DNA of 64,000 bases from assembly GCA_050951325.1 (NCBI GenBank), contig JBMNIW010000012.1, positions 32,001 through 96,000 on the forward strand. Direction: 5' to 3'. Below the pieces are notes generated by a model. That model saw only the letters and a list, made by a program, of their open reading frames with translations. It made no database searches and was not told the origin of the DNA. The DNA comes from Clostridia bacterium (GTDB lineage Bacteria > Bacillota > Clostridia > UBA1212 > DUPL01). Both the position numbers and the translations under genes were made by a program. Shown here one piece after another: positions 51,361 through 61,766 of the stretch (within the stretch, counting starts at the first letter, position 1; each line of letters starts with the position of its first letter).

Positions 51361-52071
51361 ATGCTTCAATTTGTTGATACCCTTAGAGAGTTCAGTTTGC
51401 TGACTGTGGTTATAAGGCTTCTTTTGGCGCTTTTGCTAGGTGGTCTTGTTGGGCTTGAAAGAGAAAGGAACCGTCAGGCGGCAGGCCTGCGTACCCATAT
51501 CCTTGTCTGCACGGCAGCAACCATGACTATGCTTATTGGCATATTTGCCAAGGAAGTCATAGATCTAACTACTGATCCACTTAGAATTGCAGCGCAGGTT
51601 GTATCAGGTATCGGTTTTATCGGTGCTGGTGCAATAATGGTCCGCAGCGGAAGACATATAAAAGGGGTTACAACTGCTTCAGGCCTGTGGTGCACTGCTG
51701 CCATTGGGCTTGCGATAGGAGCAGGCTTTTATGAAGGTGCAATTGTTTGCTCTGTCATTGTGTTGATAGTCATGACTCTGCTTAAAAAGCTAGACAGGTC
51801 CCTTCTTTTCAAGGATACCGACAGCTTTATATATTTCGAGATTATAGGCAGCGAAAATGTAAATCAGGTCTTTGATGATTTGAGAGGATTATCCCTTGAT
51901 CTTACCCTGAATGAAATAATGCCGCCAAAAAGCGGCACCAATGGTAATGTAGGTGTTGTAATCAAACTTAACAATCCGGTTAATGATATAAGAAAGGTAA
52001 GCAATGCCATAAAAAAGATTGACAATGTAGCCTTCTCAATCCCGGACAGAGGAACCTCGGATACTATTTAA
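51361..52071 (+). CDS. MgtC/SapB family protein
   Basis: GLERE...AGLRTH, RIAAQVVSGIGFIGAG, GVTTASGLW. Confidence 0.93.
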   Translation: MLQFVDTLREFSLLTVVIRLLLALLLGGLVGLERERNRQAAGLRTHILVCTAATMTMLIGIFAKEVIDLTTDPLRIAAQVVSGIGFIGAGAIMVRSGRHIKGVTTASGLWCTAAIGLAIGAGFYEGAIVCSVIVLIVMTLLKKLDRSLLFKDTDSFIYFEIIGSENVNQVFDDLRGLSLDLTLNEIMPPKSGTNGNVGVVIKLNNPVNDIRKVSNAIKKIDNVAFSIPDRGTSDTI

Positions 52072-52943
52072 ACAAACAGGAAACACAGTATACCCAGTGT
52101 ATTCAAGCCTATTGACAAAAGGTCTTTTTTTCCTGGTTTCTCTTTAAAAAATACATAAGCCAAAAAAGCTGTAATAACTACAATTGCCGCACTGAGTATT
52201 GGAAACTGCACCGATGCGTCCATTACTCTAGCTGCCGACAAGCTGAAAACGTTTCCTGTGGAATTCATTGCAGTATACAAAACAATTGGAACAATAAAAA
52301 TTGGTCTGAATTGAAACCTTGGAAGTTTAAACCCGTCATTATGTACGACAAGTAGAACAGCTGAAGATATTAGGAATATAAAGATTCCACATACAAAAAG
52401 AAAGTTGTTTGTAGGAACCCTGCCTTTTGATATTTCCGCACCCTTTGAAGCAACACTTATTAATCCATTAGCTGTAAAAACTACCATACAAAGAATGAAA
52501 AAGAAAGTTCCTTCCTTGCTCTTCTCACTGCCTATGTTTTGAATGATTATTGCCAAAAAAATTATGAGGGTACCGATAATCTTCATGAAACCAAGTTTCT
52601 CATCCCACATGAGAACACCTGCAAGGAAAGGAAGTATCAGACCTCCACTTAAGAGGAACATGGTCACCTTGCCAACGGAACCTCTGTTTATTGCAAGTAT
52701 GGAGCATATACTGCAGACTACCGTGGCAACGGAGTACACCAAGGCCCATGATATGGTGCTGGCAGTAACTCTTATGCTGAATCCACTTAAAATCAAAAAT
52801 AGAAAAACAGCTATGAATCCTTTGACAAAAGAGAACCATACCCCAGACTTTACGCCGCCTTTTGTCATCAGTTCATATTTCTTGCTGAATATGAACTGAA
52901 TGCTAAAGGCCAATATGGCAACTGCCAAATAAAAATATTCCAT
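52068..52943 (-). CDS. DMT/EamA-like transporter
   Basis: About 10 TM segments, internal duplication, LMWDEK and FFKEK motifs. Confidence 0.8.
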   Translation of the reverse strand: MEYFYLAVAILAFSIQFIFSKKYELMTKGGVKSGVWFSFVKGFIAVFLFLILSGFSIRVTASTISWALVYSVATVVCSICSILAINRGSVGKVTMFLLSGGLILPFLAGVLMWDEKLGFMKIIGTLIIFLAIIIQNIGSEKSKEGTFFFILCMVVFTANGLISVASKGAEISKGRVPTNNFLFVCGIFIFLISSAVLLVVHNDGFKLPRFQFRPIFIVPIVLYTAMNSTGNVFSLSAARVMDASVQFPILSAAIVVITAFLAYVFFKEKPGKKDLLSIGLNTLGILCFLFV

Positions 52944-52958
52944 AACTCAACCTCTTGC

Positions 52959-54039
52959 TTAAGATATTGTGCCGCCTCCAACGACCGTATCTCCATCGTA
53001 AAGGACAACCGCCTGCCCTTTTGTAATGGCCCTTTGAGGTTTCTCAAAATCAACGCTGAAGGAATTCTCTCCAGTTCTTCTGACTATTGCCCAATCCTCT
53101 TTGTGGTTGTATCTGATTTTCGCCTTCAGTCGCGCAGAGTCTTCCAGCACATCTTCTAGTATAAGGTTTATATTCGCCGCGTCAAGATGTGTTCCGTATG
53201 CATCTTCGTCATAGCCCACCACAACCGTGTTGTCGCAAGGCCTGATGTCACACACATACAGAGGTCTTTTGTCCACCAGCCCGAGACCTCTTCTCTGACC
53301 AATCGTGTAGTGGATTATGCCTTTGTGTTTTCCAAGGACATTGCCGTCCTTATCCACAAAGTATCCTTCATTCGTATTTCCTCTTTGTGTAATCCTCTAT
53401 GAATTTTGCATAGTCACCATCAGGAACGAAGCATATGTCCTGACTTTCCTGCTTTCTTGCGTTGACAAAACTGTACTTTTCAGCAAGTTCCCTTACTTCC
53501 GTCTTGTGCAGGTCTCCCAAGGGAAATATGGTATGACCAAGCTGTTCCTGTGTAAGCGAATATAGAACATAGCTCTGGTCCTTTGTCAGGTCCACGGCCT
53601 TTTTAAGAAGATACCTGTTCCTTTTCTCGTCATACTCTATCCTTGCATAATGACCCGTTACAACATAATTGTATCCTAGTTCCTTTGCCTTCTGGTAAAG
53701 GAGATCAAACTTCATGAATCTGTTGCAGTCAATGCAAGGGTTTGGAGTTGCTCCATGCTCGTAAGCAAAAATAAATTTGTCTATTACCTTTTCCTTAAAG
53801 TTGTCGGTAAAGTTAAGCACGTAGTACGGCATGTCAAGTTCAGCTGCCACCCTCCTTGCATCATTTATATCCTCAAGGGAGCAGCAAGTCTTGGTTGCCG
53901 AAATATTTATATCGTCATTGCTGAATAGTTTCATGGTTATGCCTATAACGTCATAACCTCTTTCTTTCATTAAAGCGGCGGCTACTGAACTGTCAACGCC
54001 GCCACTCATTGCAATTAATGCCTTTTTCTCATTACTCAT
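52959..54039 (-). CDS. mnmA: tRNA 2-thiouridylase, +1 frameshift near 53372 (probable assembly error)
   Basis: [34 protein letters not shown], then [10 protein letters not shown]...QRAITKGQ in the next frame. Confidence 0.95.
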
Positions 54040-54964
54040 TTGAAAACATTGGTGTGGACAAATACCTCTCTCCTGTGTCTGGCAACACAGCCACAATAAC
54101 TTTATCCTTGTTCTCTTCCCTCTTCGCAAGCTGTATGGCTGCATACATGGCTGCACCGGAGGATATTCCCACCAAGACTCCTTCCTTTCTAGCTATCATT
54201 CTGCCTGTTTCAAAGGCGTCTTCGTTTGCAACAGTTATTATCTCATCATATACGTCAGTATTCAAGACTGTTGGAACAAATCCTGCTCCAATTCCCTGAA
54301 TTTTGTGAGGACCTGTTACACCTTTTGACAGGACAGGTGAATCAGTAGGTTCAACGGCGACCACCTTTATATTTGGATTCTTTGACTTCAAAAATTCGCC
54401 TGCTCCGGTGATGGTGCCGCCAGTTCCGATTCCGGATACCAGAATATCCACCTTTCCATCTGTATCCTCCCATATCTCAGGACCTGTTGTCTTCCTGTGT
54501 ATTTCAGGGTTTGCCAAGTTCTCAAACTGGGATGGTATAAAACTGTTTGGATACTGGCTTGCTATTTCTTCAGCCTTTGCTATGGAACCCTTCATGCCCT
54601 TTGCGCCTTCTGTCAATACAAGTTCAGCGCCATAAGCTTTCAGAAGATTTCTTCTTTCAACACTCATTGTTTCCGGCATCGTCAATATTATTTTCATACC
54701 CTTTGAAGCACATACAGCAGCAAGCCCAATTCCTGTGTTTCCGCTGGTAGGCTCAACAATTACAGTATCCTTGTTAACCTTTCCTGCCTTAATGGCCTCT
54801 TCAATCATGGCCACCGCTATTCTGTCCTTGACACTGCCTGCAGGATTGAAATATTCAAGCTTTGCAAATATTTTTCCATGCAGCCCGAATTCTTTCTCAA
54901 TGTTTGTCACCTCAAGCAGGGGTGTCCTTCCAATCATCTCCGAAAAACTTTTATAAACCTTCAC
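54032..54964 (-). CDS. cysK: Cysteine synthase A
   Basis: [41 protein letters not shown]. Confidence 0.97.
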   Translation of the reverse strand: MKVYKSFSEMIGRTPLLEVTNIEKEFGLHGKIFAKLEYFNPAGSVKDRIAVAMIEEAIKAGKVNKDTVIVEPTSGNTGIGLAAVCASKGMKIILTMPETMSVERRNLLKAYGAELVLTEGAKGMKGSIAKAEEIASQYPNSFIPSQFENLANPEIHRKTTGPEIWEDTDGKVDILVSGIGTGGTITGAGEFLKSKNPNIKVVAVEPTDSPVLSKGVTGPHKIQGIGAGFVPTVLNTDVYDEIITVANEDAFETGRMIARKEGVLVGISSGAAMYAAIQLAKREENKDKVIVAVLPDTGERYLSTPMFSNE

Positions 54965-55211
54965 AAACAGACCTCCTAAATTTATACTCTTAATTCCTAC
55001 TTGATTAATAGGATTTGATACATTATATACAACTCAAGCTGACGCTGTCAATTATATTTATTGTTTTTTTCTCTAACTCTATGATAGCACAAAAAGGAAT
55101 CCCGGAGCAAAAAATGTGCAAATTGAAAACAAGGCGTTTCTGTGGTATAATTAAGGCAGGCAATAAAACGTAGTGCGGTAGACAAAAGACGACATCACGG
55201 AGGAAGAATAT

Positions 55212-56060
55212 ATGAAAATAGCCGCAATTTCCGACATACATGCAAATCATCTGGCTTTGGAGACCATATTACAGTATGTCGAACGAGAAGGGATAAAACA
55301 CATTTTGTTCTTGGGCGATTACATCACCGACTGTCCTTATCCCGGCAAAACCGTTAGCCTGTTATATGAATGTTTGGAAAAATACAACTGCTTTTTTATC
55401 CGGGGAAACCGGGAAGATTACCTGATAAACCATCATTATAACCCCAACAACAACTGGAAATACTCATCAAGCACCGGCTCACTTCTTTACACTTATTCAA
55501 ACATAACACAAAATGACATTGAGTTTTTCAAATCAATGCCCGTTTCCATGAAAGTTAAAATTGATGACTATCCTTCAATATTCATCTGTCACGGATCGCC
55601 CGTCAAAACAAAAGACTGGCTTTATGAAAAGGACGAACTTATTTACTCCCATATTAAAGACATAGACTGCAAATACTTTATCTTTGGACACAGCCACAGG
55701 TCATATTCAAAAAATATATTTGGGAAGAAAGTTTTATTCTGTCCAAGTGCGGGCCTGCCCGCCAACAACAATACTGACGCACAGTTTTTAGTTCTTGAAT
55801 ACAATGACATTGAATGGACCAGCAAAGTCGTAAGTCTGCCCTACAACCGCGAAAAGCTTGTGCAGGAGTTTCATGAAAGCCGTTTGATTGAAAAGTCAAG
55901 AATATGGGCAAAATGCATACTCAAACAGCTTGGCACGGGTATTGAATGCTGTGCCAGCTGTGTGAAACTTGCCCGCAAAAAAGCCAATTCAAGCGCTTCA
56001 TGGGACACCGTTCCTGAAAAGTACTGGATAGAAGCTGCAAGAGAACTCGGCATTAGTTGA
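55212..56060 (+). CDS. Metallophosphoesterase family protein
   Basis: SDIHAN, LGDY, RGNRE, CHGSP, FGHSH. Confidence 0.9.
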   Translation: MKIAAISDIHANHLALETILQYVEREGIKHILFLGDYITDCPYPGKTVSLLYECLEKYNCFFIRGNREDYLINHHYNPNNNWKYSSSTGSLLYTYSNITQNDIEFFKSMPVSMKVKIDDYPSIFICHGSPVKTKDWLYEKDELIYSHIKDIDCKYFIFGHSHRSYSKNIFGKKVLFCPSAGLPANNNTDAQFLVLEYNDIEWTSKVVSLPYNREKLVQEFHESRLIEKSRIWAKCILKQLGTGIECCASCVKLARKKANSSASWDTVPEKYWIEAARELGIS

Positions 56061-56108
56061 GAACTTTGCGATACTGTGGTAATATAGACAATCGTGAGGT
56101 GAAGATAC

Positions 56109-56507
56109 TTGAAGATTTCCACTAAAGGAAGATACGCATTACGTATGCTGATTGATCTTGCAGAAAACAGGGACCAGGGATTCGTCTCCCTTAAAGATAT
56201 TGCTGAAAGGCAGAGTATTTCGAGGAAATACCTTGAGCAGATTGTACAGCTTCTTAACAAAACGGATATGCTGAAAACCAGCAGGGGGTACAATGGCGGA
56301 TACATGCTTGCAAAAGACCCTTCAGAATACAGAGTGATTGACATACTGGAACTTACGGAGGGAAATCTGGCTTGTGTTTCCTGTCTTGAGGACGAGGTAA
56401 ACGAATGTAAAAGAGCAGGCTTCTGCAAATCCTTGAAAGTATGGCAGGGGCTAGACAATGTTATACGAAGCTACCTGAGCAGCATAACCCTGCAGGATCT
56501 TATCTAG
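56109..56507 (+). CDS. Rrf2-family regulator (CymR/IscR-like)
   Basis: MKISTKGRYALR, YLEQI, RGYNGGY; Cys cluster CVSC...C...C. Confidence 0.93.
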   Translation: MKISTKGRYALRMLIDLAENRDQGFVSLKDIAERQSISRKYLEQIVQLLNKTDMLKTSRGYNGGYMLAKDPSEYRVIDILELTEGNLACVSCLEDEVNECKRAGFCKSLKVWQGLDNVIRSYLSSITLQDLI

Positions 56508-56561
56508 ATTATACATTATCGAATAACAAAAGAAATGCATACAATATACCAGGGCATTTAA

Positions 56562-57308
56562 ATGGTGTATTGTATGTATTTTTTTAGTTTTTGCAAACTG
56601 GATGAAATTCTGAAAAAGGAAGGAAAAGCTACCTGTCAGAGGTATTTTAAAAGCAAGCTGGAGGAGAACAGAAACCTTGCAGCAAGACTTGTTAATGATA
56701 CAAGGATTACTTTTCCTTGTTTTTTTGTTCTTATGCCTGTTTTAGAAGAGAAGAATATCTATTCTTTATTAAGAGATGACTTGAAAAAGGCATACGATTT
56801 TTCACAAAGCGTTTCGGTTAACAAACCATCAAATCTTAAAAAAGACATGAAGAATAAAATAATGCTCAAATGGATAGTTGAGAGCAGCCTCCTTCATAAT
56901 AACCTGGGCGGGAATTTTAATGAAGTGGTTGATGTCGCTGTGTCCATCTTGGCAAACGAGTACCGGGAGCTGTCGCTGCTCGGTACAATTTCGGAACTTA
57001 TATTCTTAAGATACAGAAACGACGAAAACATCCATGATCTTGTCTGGGCATATTTCAGATTCAACACCCCCATCACTCTGAAATACATTGCAAGATTTCT
57101 TGATTCAAAGAATCCCAAGGACAGAAAACTTGCTAAAAAGCTTTTAGGCTGTGAAGCAAAGTCCTGTAAAGACTTTCTTAAATATATGACTGAAGACGAA
57201 TCAAAGATGATTTATACGGACGAGAGTTTTCAGTACGCATCAAACCCACGAGTATATGCAGCAAAGGAAGGTACAGACCATGATTTACATAAAGGGAAGC
57301 AAGTTTGA
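56562..57308 (+). CDS. Hypothetical protein upstream of tgl
   Basis: 248-aa ORF overlapping the tgl start. Confidence 0.7.
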   Translation: MVYCMYFFSFCKLDEILKKEGKATCQRYFKSKLEENRNLAARLVNDTRITFPCFFVLMPVLEEKNIYSLLRDDLKKAYDFSQSVSVNKPSNLKKDMKNKIMLKWIVESSLLHNNLGGNFNEVVDVAVSILANEYRELSLLGTISELIFLRYRNDENIHDLVWAYFRFNTPITLKYIARFLDSKNPKDRKLAKKLLGCEAKSCKDFLKYMTEDESKMIYTDESFQYASNPRVYAAKEGTDHDLHKGKQV

Positions 57309-58074
57309 CATAACCGAGCTAAAAAGCACTTACCCGGTACAAAGTGTTGAACATAAGGTTCTTGTCAAAATGGACGAAAGTTCTTTTAGGTATAACTTCA
57401 AGAGCGAGGATGTTTTAAAGTTTGAGCTTCTTTTAAGAAAAGAAATTGCTGCCTCTGCAAGAGCGCTTGATAGAAGCGGTTTTGGGTTTGCCGTCTTCAG
57501 TAAATCCGAGTGCAATCCAGAGTACTGGAACCGGGAAAACAATGGCGGTTTTTCTTTGAAACAAGGCAAAAGTCCTTCGAAGGCTATACGCAACATATTT
57601 GAAAACGGCAGACTTTACAGAAACGAATGTGCCACAGCCATGGTTATTGTCTACTACGGAGCCCTTTTGTCCGTTTTCAAAGACAGGTTTGATGAGACTT
57701 TTCCCTACATTTACCTTATGGATTGGTATATAATCGATCCTTTGCTGCAGGGGATTGGTTACCCCAGAAAAGCCCACGACATGCTTATAGGTGACAGGGC
57801 ATACTTCAAAAATCCCGACGTTCATCCTGAAACGATGTGGCTGCAAGGTGAAAATGTGATTGTTCTGGCAGAGGATCTGTACTACGGTCACGGCATAGGT
57901 ATTGCAAATGCAGAAACCTTTATTGAGATACTGAACAGAAACAGAAAGGAAGGAGCTGCAAAAAGCGCCTACCTCATGGATGAAGTGGCGCGTCCTGATT
58001 TCGAGTTATTGTCAGATGTATATCATGAAAGGATTGCCGTAGCACAAACAATTTACTGGAGAAATATAGTTTGA
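57280..58074 (+). CDS. tgl: Protein-glutamine gamma-glutamyltransferase (spore coat transglutaminase)
   Basis: CNPEYW, ECATAM, GDRAYFKNPDV, WLQGEN, YYGHGIG. Confidence 0.9.
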   Translation: MIYIKGSKFDITELKSTYPVQSVEHKVLVKMDESSFRYNFKSEDVLKFELLLRKEIAASARALDRSGFGFAVFSKSECNPEYWNRENNGGFSLKQGKSPSKAIRNIFENGRLYRNECATAMVIVYYGALLSVFKDRFDETFPYIYLMDWYIIDPLLQGIGYPRKAHDMLIGDRAYFKNPDVHPETMWLQGENVIVLAEDLYYGHGIGIANAETFIEILNRNRKEGAAKSAYLMDEVARPDFELLSDVYHERIAVAQTIYWRNIV

Positions 58075-58806
58075 CTAGTCTCTGCCGTAGATGGAGGGCA
58101 GTTTTCTTTTATGCTCGCTTCTTGAGTGATACCTGTCTATAATCTCCTTGTCCCTTTCATCTGCCGTCCCCCTGGTTATATATTCGTCTATGGCAGCATA
58201 AGTTACACCCATGTCCTGTTCATCGGTTTGACCTTCGTAAAGACCTGCGGATGGAGCCTTGGTAATTATGTTCTCAGGTGCATTGAAATATTTCAAATAC
58301 TCCACAACTTCCGTTGCTGTTAAATCTCCTATGGGATTGAAGTCGTAACCGCCATCTCCCCATTTTGTAAAGTACCCCATGTATATCTCACTTCTGTTGC
58401 CTGTTCCTGCCACCAGAAGATTTTCTGACTGGGCGATTGTATAAAGGGTGGTCATCCTGAGCCTTGGATTTATGTTTGAATCAGCAAGCGCCGATATTTC
58501 GGTTGCTTTTCCTATTGCTTCTACAAGGGCTTTCTTTGCCTCGGTAAGATCCACAACCCTGGTTTCTATGTCAAACTGCTTGGCAAGCTTTATTGCATCC
58601 TCATAGTCTTCCCCATAGTTTCTCTTTGAGCTGCAAGGCATGATTACACCAATGGTATTCTCGCATGCAAGCTTGCATAAAATCAAAACAAGGGCACTGT
58701 CTTTTCCACCGCTGTTCCCAAGGATTATTCCCTTGGCATTGCTTTCCTTAAGTTTATCCTGAATGTATTTTACTCTGTTTTCTGTCTCTTGTTTGTAATC
58801 TCTCAT
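58075..58806 (-). CDS. nadE: NH3-dependent NAD+ synthetase
   Basis: SGGKDS, RLRMTTLY, GTGNRSE, GYFTKWGDG, PSAGL, HKR. Confidence 0.95.
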   Translation of the reverse strand: MRDYKQETENRVKYIQDKLKESNAKGIILGNSGGKDSALVLILCKLACENTIGVIMPCSSKRNYGEDYEDAIKLAKQFDIETRVVDLTEAKKALVEAIGKATEISALADSNINPRLRMTTLYTIAQSENLLVAGTGNRSEIYMGYFTKWGDGGYDFNPIGDLTATEVVEYLKYFNAPENIITKAPSAGLYEGQTDEQDMGVTYAAIDEYITRGTADERDKEIIDRYHSRSEHKRKLPSIYGRD

Positions 58807-58855
58807 AGTAACACTTCCTGTACCTTATTCTGCAATTATAGCCTATTTCATTTTA

Positions 58856-59920
58856 TTATTTTTGTAAAGGTTTGCTTGTTGCAAGTGCAATAAACCTTTC
58901 ACCATTTTTGTTAACTGCACAGTAGAAATGATATACCACTTCATTGTCTTTTAAAACCCAAGGTTTATGAGCATAGATATTTTCCCATTCATATTCGCTT
59001 TGTATGAGGGGTGAGCCTCTCCATTTTGTCCACTCAACCAAATCATATGAACATGCAAAAGTGTTGTATGCACCTTTTCCCTCTTCACGAATGAAGTAAA
59101 ACATGATATAAATATCGTCTATCTTTACAATCTGAGGGTCTCCACTTATCCTTACCCCGGGGTTGTCCTTTATGTCGTCTATGACAGGGGTGTCGCCATA
59201 CCTCTCCCAGCGGACCGCATCATTTGATACTGCAAGATATATCCTTTCTTTATTGCTCTCATCTTTTGCATTGTATGCATTTACATATTTGTACCCGGTA
59301 ATGCCATCAATATCCTCAAACAGATAACTTTTATACAGCGTTCTTCTTTCATACTCCCTTGCATCAACATCATCGGGTCTTAAAATGGGCTCTTCAAGCC
59401 TTGTTACTGTAGTTGGATCAGTTGGATCTAAAAAATATGCAAGACCCATGTACAGAGGATCCGGCTCGTATCCGTCACTGTTGCCCGCCAGATATGAAAA
59501 ATAGTATCTGTCGTTCACTTTTCTAATCTCGTTGGTTTTGCCAAACTCAACATCCACAAAGGCTGCATATCCTGCACACTGCTTGCTGTCCCATCTGTTT
59601 TTATCGTTTCTTCTCAGTATTGTACAATATTGCTCCCAGTTGATTAAGTCTTCTGATTTTGCAAGATGAGTCTCGTATCCGGAAACATTTACATCCTTTG
59701 ATATCGTTATGTACAGCATGTACCAACTGTCCTTATGCTTGAAAATGGATGGACTGTCAGTCAGAAATTCATCGTACTTAATAACCGGCCCTATTTTGTA
59801 TGGTGTCTTTACCATATCATATATCCTGTCCATGGTTTCTGGCTCGAGTTTCCTGTTCTTAAACTTTCTGTCTGGATTAAACGGTACCATTACCTCACCT
59901 TCCTCTTTTACTCGGACCAA
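58856..59920 (-). CDS. Five-bladed beta-propeller glycosidase (GH32/43/130-like)
   Basis: DSPSIF, SEDLINW, SNDAVRW, GDPQIV, SYDLVEW, AHKPWV. Confidence 0.7.
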   Translation of the reverse strand: MVRVKEEGEVMVPFNPDRKFKNRKLEPETMDRIYDMVKTPYKIGPVIKYDEFLTDSPSIFKHKDSWYMLYITISKDVNVSGYETHLAKSEDLINWEQYCTILRRNDKNRWDSKQCAGYAAFVDVEFGKTNEIRKVNDRYYFSYLAGNSDGYEPDPLYMGLAYFLDPTDPTTVTRLEEPILRPDDVDAREYERRTLYKSYLFEDIDGITGYKYVNAYNAKDESNKERIYLAVSNDAVRWERYGDTPVIDDIKDNPGVRISGDPQIVKIDDIYIMFYFIREEGKGAYNTFACSYDLVEWTKWRGSPLIQSEYEWENIYAHKPWVLKDNEVVYHFYCAVNKNGERFIALATSKPLQK

Positions 59921-59973
59921 TTATATAACTTATGCAAAAAGTGCGCAACCTAAAACAGTCACGCACTTTTATG

Positions 59974-60180
59974 TTACAGGGTTTTATACCCCATTTCCTC
60001 TATCTTGTGTTTGATAACCTGCAAAGAGGTCACCGACGGCTCGTAATCAACTGATGCGGCTCTTCCATTCAAATCAATATTTACATTCATAACACCGTCC
60101 AAAGTTCCCAGAATGCTGGCTATTCTGCTGGCATCATCGGATGTGGCCAACCCACCTATATTTATAATTGTATTTTTCAT
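59974..60180 (-). CDS. HMA/CopZ-fold small protein without Cys
   Basis: IGGL...LDGVMNVNIDL...VDYEP...IEEMGY; GGAGG RBS. Confidence 0.75.
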   Translation of the reverse strand: MKNTIINIGGLATSDDASRIASILGTLDGVMNVNIDLNGRAASVDYEPSVTSLQVIKHKIEEMGYKTL

Positions 60181-60302
60181 ACTTTCCCTCCAATATTTCT
60201 TTTAGTAATATTTTGCCTTTGTATTGCTTTTTTATTCTTTTCAGGCATAAGAAAAGAGCTGTAATATTTAATACAGCCCTTTCCATAACCAATTTACAGA
60301 AT

Positions 60303-61055
60303 TCATTTCTTTTTTGTTCTCCAAATAATTAATATAGCAACTGCTCCCAGTACACAAATACCAGTCACTGCACCAATAACATATAAATTAACACCATCTC
60401 CATCCGTTCCAGGGGACGCAGTGGGTGCTTTGGTCTGTCCTTGTGTCTTGTCAGGTTTTTCAGTAGGTTGTGGTTTTGGTGTTGGAGTTTTTGCTGGTGT
60501 CGGTGTTGTCCCATCATCCTTAGTTACAAACTCCAGATTGCCAACAAACATTCTTGCAGAGTATTCTATGTACACATACAAGTCTCCATTGTAATCTGGC
60601 TCAAGAATTTCCATTTGCAAATCCTTGGGCTCGGCCAAAGGCAGTGTTGCTTCTTCAATCTTTGCTGTTGCTACTACCTGCGTACCTTCCTTGTCCTTGG
60701 TAAGTGATACTTTATTGTTTGTCATGTCAGGAGTTCCGTCAGTGACATAGAAAAAACTAATCATGTCAATAATCGACATGTCATGCTTGCCAATATATAT
60801 CCAGCCAGGTTCTCTTTTATGTCTAGACCAGTCGGAAACCAGCCATAGATACTCCTGATTGTGATCCCAATTACTATAATTGCACCTTAAGTTGTGGACA
60901 TTCTCACCAAAATAGTCTTCTTCTACGGCATTGACACCTATTTTCCTTGCTCCAAGCTCTTCCCAGTCAAAATATATTGTGTGTACTACCGCATGGCTGC
61001 AAATCAGGGATGATACAAATATGAATAGCAATGTAGTTACTATCAGTTTCTTCAT
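60303..61055 (-). CDS. Surface-anchored hypothetical protein
   Basis: Signal peptide, WDHNQEYLWLVSDWSR domain, PT linker, TM. Confidence 0.8.
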   Translation of the reverse strand: MKKLIVTTLLFIFVSSLICSHAVVHTIYFDWEELGARKIGVNAVEEDYFGENVHNLRCNYSNWDHNQEYLWLVSDWSRHKREPGWIYIGKHDMSIIDMISFFYVTDGTPDMTNNKVSLTKDKEGTQVVATAKIEEATLPLAEPKDLQMEILEPDYNGDLYVYIEYSARMFVGNLEFVTKDDGTTPTPAKTPTPKPQPTEKPDKTQGQTKAPTASPGTDGDGVNLYVIGAVTGICVLGAVAILIIWRTKKK

Positions 61056-61732
61056 AACGCATACCCTTCTCTTTTCTTGACCAAAACAAGCAGCATGAGT
61101 ATTACTGCAGCAGGCACCAATGCGGTAAAACCGTCCAGTGTCTCAGGATTCTGAGGTTCTTCTGTCTCTGGAAGTTCCTGAGTTTCCACAATCGTAAGAA
61201 CAAAATTACCGACAAACATTCTAATATCATAGTCGATATACAAATACATGGGTCCTGTGTAGCCTGCATCAAGAATTTCCATTTCTTTGTGCTTTGGATT
61301 CGCAAGACCGCCTGTTACCTCGGTTACTTTGGCTGAAGCCACTTTCTGTGTGCCTTCCGCATCCTTTGTAAATGATACAAAAGCTTCCATTGATGATGCG
61401 CTGTTTGTTACATAATCAAACTCAATCTTTTTGATCTTTGACATGTCATACTCTCCAAGGTACAAGGAGGCCGGTTCCTTGGGAGCACGCGACCAATCCG
61501 ATACAAGCCAAAGATACTCTTGGTTTTTGTCCCAGCTGCTATGGGCGCAGCGCATATTAACCACACCCGGACCATGATAGTCTTCTGGTTGGGCAGAAGT
61601 GCCGATAAATTTAACGCCCAGTTCCCGCACATCCAGCATAACTTGGTTTTCTTCTGCGCTTGCATATAACGCCATTAACAGCATGCATACAGCCACAATC
61701 ACAATAAAGGGCCTTTTCTTCAATTTCAACAC
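61052..61732 (-). CDS. Surface protein, paralog of 60303-61055, NPETLD anchor
   Basis: WDKNQEYLWLVSDWSR, RMFVGN shared; NPETLD, TM, KKR. Confidence 0.8.
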   Translation of the reverse strand: MLKLKKRPFIVIVAVCMLLMALYASAEENQVMLDVRELGVKFIGTSAQPEDYHGPGVVNMRCAHSSWDKNQEYLWLVSDWSRAPKEPASLYLGEYDMSKIKKIEFDYVTNSASSMEAFVSFTKDAEGTQKVASAKVTEVTGGLANPKHKEMEILDAGYTGPMYLYIDYDIRMFVGNFVLTIVETQELPETEEPQNPETLDGFTALVPAAVILMLLVLVKKREGYAL

Positions 61733-61766
61733 CTCCAGTTTTCTTTATTCATTCCGTCTTGTTCAT

